Below are positions 28,878 through 32,000 of a stretch of 32,000 bases of DNA, one piece after another. A model generated the notes under the pieces. It was not told the origin of the DNA. It was given only the letters and a program-made list of their open reading frames with translations, and made no database searches. The stretch comes from Myxococcaceae bacterium (lineage in GTDB: Bacteria; Myxococcota; Myxococcia; Myxococcales; Myxococcaceae). Position numbers and translations under genes: made by a program. Where the stretch lies: positions 1 through 32,000 of the forward strand of contig JALOQF010000014.1 in NCBI GenBank assembly GCA_025459425.1, written 5' to 3'. Within the stretch, counting starts at the first letter, position 1. Each line of letters starts with the position of its first letter.

Positions 28878-31798
28878 CGAAGCCCGGCCGCCTCGACCTT
28901 CCGGGCCTTGGGCTCGTGGGAGGCGCGCTCGCCCTCTGGGTGATGCGCGACGAGGCGGCGTGGGCGTTGACGGCGCGCTTCAAGGAGGTGGGGTTTCCTC
29001 CGCTGGCGCTGTTGGTGCGCGCGAGCGTCGCGCTGCTCGGCGCGGCGGGCCTCTTCCGGGTTCGCGACACCCTGCGGGCGCTCGGCGCGGGGGCGCTGGG
29101 TGTGCTCGACGCGGCCGAGGCGCGGCTCTCGGCGCTGCCCACCACCCGGGGCCGCGTGCTGCGGTCGCTCGCCCTCACGCTCGTCGCCTCGGGCCTCACG
29201 CTGACGCTCTTCGAGGCCACGCCGCTGGGGCCGATGCTCGAGACGCGCGTGCTCGACCTCTTCTTCCGCCTGCGCTTCCCCGAGCGCTCGCAGGCCGAGC
29301 TCGCGACGGGCCAGGCGCTCCCCTCGGCCAACCCCCAGCCCGACGTGGTGGTGGTGGCCGTCGACGACGACACCATCTCGCACCTGGGTTGGCCGCTCCC
29401 GCGCGTCCACTACGCGCGGCTGCTCGAGCGGCTCTCGACGGCAGGCGCCCGCCGGGTAGCCTTCGACGTCGCCTTCGTGGACGCGTCGCGTGAGCACCCG
29501 GAGTGGGACACGGCGCTGGGCGCGGCAGCCCGGGCGGCGCCCACCTCGGCCTTCACCTTCACCGTCGCACGGCTGGGCACCGACGCGCGGCCGACCATGT
29601 CGGAGCGCGCGCTGGCGGCGCTCGACGCCAACTCGATTCCGCTCCACCCCTCGGCCGAGCGGCTGCCCCCGTACCCTGCGCTCGTGGGCGGAGACGTGGC
29701 GCCGCAGCCGGTGCTCGACGCGCTGCTCGAGTCGGGCCGGCCGCTGGCGATGGCGAACGTGCTGCTCGACTCGGGTGACGACCTCTTGCGGCACTCGCTC
29801 GTGGTGGCGCGCCTGTCGGGCCGGCTGCTGCCCTCGCTGTCCTTGCGGCTCGCGGCCGAGGAGCTCGGTGTGCCGCTCTCCTCCATCCGGGTGGAGCCGG
29901 GCTCGCACGTCGACCTCGGGGGCCAACGGCGCATTCCCATCGACGCGCTCGGGCGCACGCTGGTGCGCGCCCAGGGCCGGCACGACACGCGCGGCCAGGG
30001 ACCGTTCCAGTACGTGTCGATGTGGTCGCTCTTGCGCACCGACGTGACGCTCACCCTGGCCGGCAACCCGCTCGGAGAAGACCAGCGCTTCGTGCTCGAC
30101 GAGCAGACGCGCGTGACGAAGGACGGGGTGGTGGTGCCGGCGGCCGAGGTCGAGGGCCTCGTGCACGAGGGGGCGTTCCTCGCAGGCCGGGCCCGCTACT
30201 CGACGGACCCGGGCCGCATCGTCGAGCTGGCGTTCTCGTCGACGGCGCCGCGGCCGCCAGAGCCCGACTTCGAGCTGCTCGACGAGCACGTCATGCGCTT
30301 CGGCACGCTGGTGGCCTCGACGAAGCGCAACCAGCTCGACCCGGCGCTCTTCACCGGCAAGCACGTGCTGGTGGGCTCGACGGCGCTGGCCGCCGCCGAC
30401 CTGCGGAACACGCCGCTGGGTGAAGCGCCCGGCGTCGAGCACCACGCCACGATGCTGGCGAACATCCTCCACCAGGACTTCTTCACCGAGACGCCCCGGT
30501 GGGCCGGGGTGCTCTTCGTGCTCGCGGCGGCGCTCCTGGCGGCGCTCGGGGGCCTGTCGTTGTCGAGCGAGCTGGCGCTGCTGTCGACGGCGCTGCTGCT
30601 GCTCGCGTGGCTCACCGCCTCGTATGGCTCGTTCGTCTCGGGGGTGCGGGTGCCCGCCGTCGCGCCGGCGGTCTCGGCCTCGCTCAGCGCGCTCCTGGTG
30701 CTCGTGCTCGGCGCGCGCGCGGCCCGGCTCGCCCGTCGCAAGGCCGAGTCCGAGCGCGAGTTCGTTCGCCAGACGTTCGGCCGCTACCTCACCGAGCAGG
30801 TGGTGCAGCAGCTCCTCGACTCACCCGACGGGCTCGCGCTCGGCGGCAAGCGCGGCTTCGTCACCATCATGATGACCGACCTGCGGGGCTTCACGAGCAT
30901 GTGCGGCACCATGGAGCCCGAGGCGGTGGTGAAGCTGCTCAACCACTACCTCGAGGCGATGACGCGCATCATCACCCGCTACGGCGGCACCATCGACGAG
31001 TTCATCGGCGACGCCATTCTCGTCGTCTTCGGCGCCCCGGTTCCGCTCGAGCACCCCGAGCTCCGCGCGGTGGCCTGCGCCATCGAGATGCTCAACGTCA
31101 TGCCCGACATCAACGCGTGGAACGCGAAGCACGGCCTGCCCGCCGTCGAGATGGGCATCGGCATTCACAGCGGCGAGGTGGTGCTGGGGAACATCGGCTC
31201 CGAGCTGCGCGCGAAGTACGGCATCGTCGGCGCCACCATCAACCTCACCTCGCGCGTCGAGTCGTACACCGTCGGCGGCCAGGTGCTGCTCTCGGAGACG
31301 ACGCGCGAGCGGTGCGGAGACGCGCTCACCGTCGGCGCCTCGCAGGTGGTGTCACCCAAGGGCGTGAAGGGCACGATGACCATCTTCGAGGCGCTCGGCG
31401 TGGGCGCGCCCTTCGAGGTGTCGCTCACCTCGGCCGCCGAGGCGCTGGCGCCGCCCAACCGCGTGCTCGAGTTCCGCTACGCGCTCATCAAGAACAAGCA
31501 GGTGTCCGACGAGGTGCGCGTGGCGCGGGTCGAGGCCTTGTCCGACCGCGGGCTCGAGCTGAAGGTCGACGAAGCGCTCCCCACGCTGAGCGACCTGAAG
31601 CTCGAGCTGCTCGAAGACGGCGCCCCGCGCCCCGGCGAGCTCTACGGCAAGGTGCTCAAGGCCGACGTGCGGCCGAACGTCGTCTACCTGCGCCTCACCT
31701 CGGTGCCGAACGAGCTGCGCCCCGTGCTCGAGGCCGCGCGCTCCGTCGTCGCCCCTCCGTCCGTGCCGGTCGCGCCGTCTGCCCTGGTGTCGTCATGA
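28874..31798 (+). CDS. CHASE2-domain sensor with class III nucleotide cyclase catalytic domain
   Basis: GTG start overlapping the FecR stop (28874-28877). CHASE2 features ...DLFFRLRFP...QPDVVVVAVDDDTISHLGWPLPRVHYARLLERLSTAGARRVAFDVAFVD; three hydrophobic segments; cyclase FVTIMMTDLRGFTSMCG...GTIDEFIGDAILVVFGAP...YGIVGATINLTSRVES. Confidence 0.93.
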   Translation: MTKPGRLDLPGLGLVGGALALWVMRDEAAWALTARFKEVGFPPLALLVRASVALLGAAGLFRVRDTLRALGAGALGVLDAAEARLSALPTTRGRVLRSLALTLVASGLTLTLFEATPLGPMLETRVLDLFFRLRFPERSQAELATGQALPSANPQPDVVVVAVDDDTISHLGWPLPRVHYARLLERLSTAGARRVAFDVAFVDASREHPEWDTALGAAARAAPTSAFTFTVARLGTDARPTMSERALAALDANSIPLHPSAERLPPYPALVGGDVAPQPVLDALLESGRPLAMANVLLDSGDDLLRHSLVVARLSGRLLPSLSLRLAAEELGVPLSSIRVEPGSHVDLGGQRRIPIDALGRTLVRAQGRHDTRGQGPFQYVSMWSLLRTDVTLTLAGNPLGEDQRFVLDEQTRVTKDGVVVPAAEVEGLVHEGAFLAGRARYSTDPGRIVELAFSSTAPRPPEPDFELLDEHVMRFGTLVASTKRNQLDPALFTGKHVLVGSTALAAADLRNTPLGEAPGVEHHATMLANILHQDFFTETPRWAGVLFVLAAALLAALGGLSLSSELALLSTALLLLAWLTASYGSFVSGVRVPAVAPAVSASLSALLVLVLGARAARLARRKAESEREFVRQTFGRYLTEQVVQQLLDSPDGLALGGKRGFVTIMMTDLRGFTSMCGTMEPEAVVKLLNHYLEAMTRIITRYGGTIDEFIGDAILVVFGAPVPLEHPELRAVACAIEMLNVMPDINAWNAKHGLPAVEMGIGIHSGEVVLGNIGSELRAKYGIVGATINLTSRVESYTVGGQVLLSETTRERCGDALTVGASQVVSPKGVKGTMTIFEALGVGAPFEVSLTSAAEALAPPNRVLEFRYALIKNKQVSDEVRVARVEALSDRGLELKVDEALPTLSDLKLELLEDGAPRPGELYGKVLKADVRPNVVYLRLTSVPNELRPVLEAARSVVAPPSVPVAPSALVSS

Positions 31799-32000
31799 GA
31801 GCCTGCCTCGTCGTCGCGTTCTTCGTCCTGTCGGGCTGCAGCTGGCTCACCGCGCCACCGAGCGCGTGCAGCGATGGCGTCGTGAATGGTGAAGAGACCG
31901 ACGTCGACTGTGGCGGCCCCGGGTGTGGGCCCTGCGCTGGCGGGCTGGCGTGCCTCGAGGCCGACGACTGCGCTTCGGGCGCGTGCGTGCTCAACCGGTG
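31795..32000 (+). CDS. Cys-rich lipoprotein, truncated by window end
   Basis: MRACLVVAFFVLSGCSWLTAPPSACSDGVVNGEETDVDCGGPGCGPCAGGLACLEADDCASGACVLN: lipobox LSGC and a Cys-rich NGxETDVDCGGxxCxxC module. ATGA overlap with the cyclase stop. Confidence 0.85.
   Translation, partial: MRACLVVAFFVLSGCSWLTAPPSACSDGVVNGEETDVDCGGPGCGPCAGGLACLEADDCASGACVLNR

Overview
High-GC, gene-dense chromosomal window, probably from a Myxococcota-like bacterium (inferred from GC content, lipoprotein types and the FecR/CHASE2-cyclase pairing). No rRNA, tRNA, CRISPR array, phage or transposon was recognised. On the minus strand from position 1: a cobalamin-dependent methionine synthase split into two adjacent genes, preceded by an ArsR-methyltransferase fusion regulator with a dyad-symmetric operator candidate at its start codon. 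Next come a polytopic zinc-ribbon membrane protein, small secreted proteins, a large lipoprotein, a DoxX-like protein, an alpha/beta hydrolase and a divergent Nudix protein. A stand-alone cNMP-binding protein is translationally coupled to HPr kinase. A hoxF-hoxU-hoxY-hoxH NAD-linked [NiFe]-hydrogenase operon follows, whose hoxH/hoxW junction looks damaged. Then come an HExxH membrane protease-like protein with a C-terminal zinc ribbon, an MltF-like lytic transglycosylase with two tandem solute-binding domains, an MFS transporter and another hydrolase. The window ends with a tightly overlapping four-gene plus-strand operon: OmpA with TSP3 repeats, FecR, CHASE2-nucleotide cyclase, and a Cys-rich lipoprotein cut by the window edge. 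The strongest second-look items are that last operon, the hoxH/hoxW junction, the cNMP-HprK coupling, the double-SBP transglycosylase and the two operator-like palindromes. All family calls are from motif reading, not database searches.
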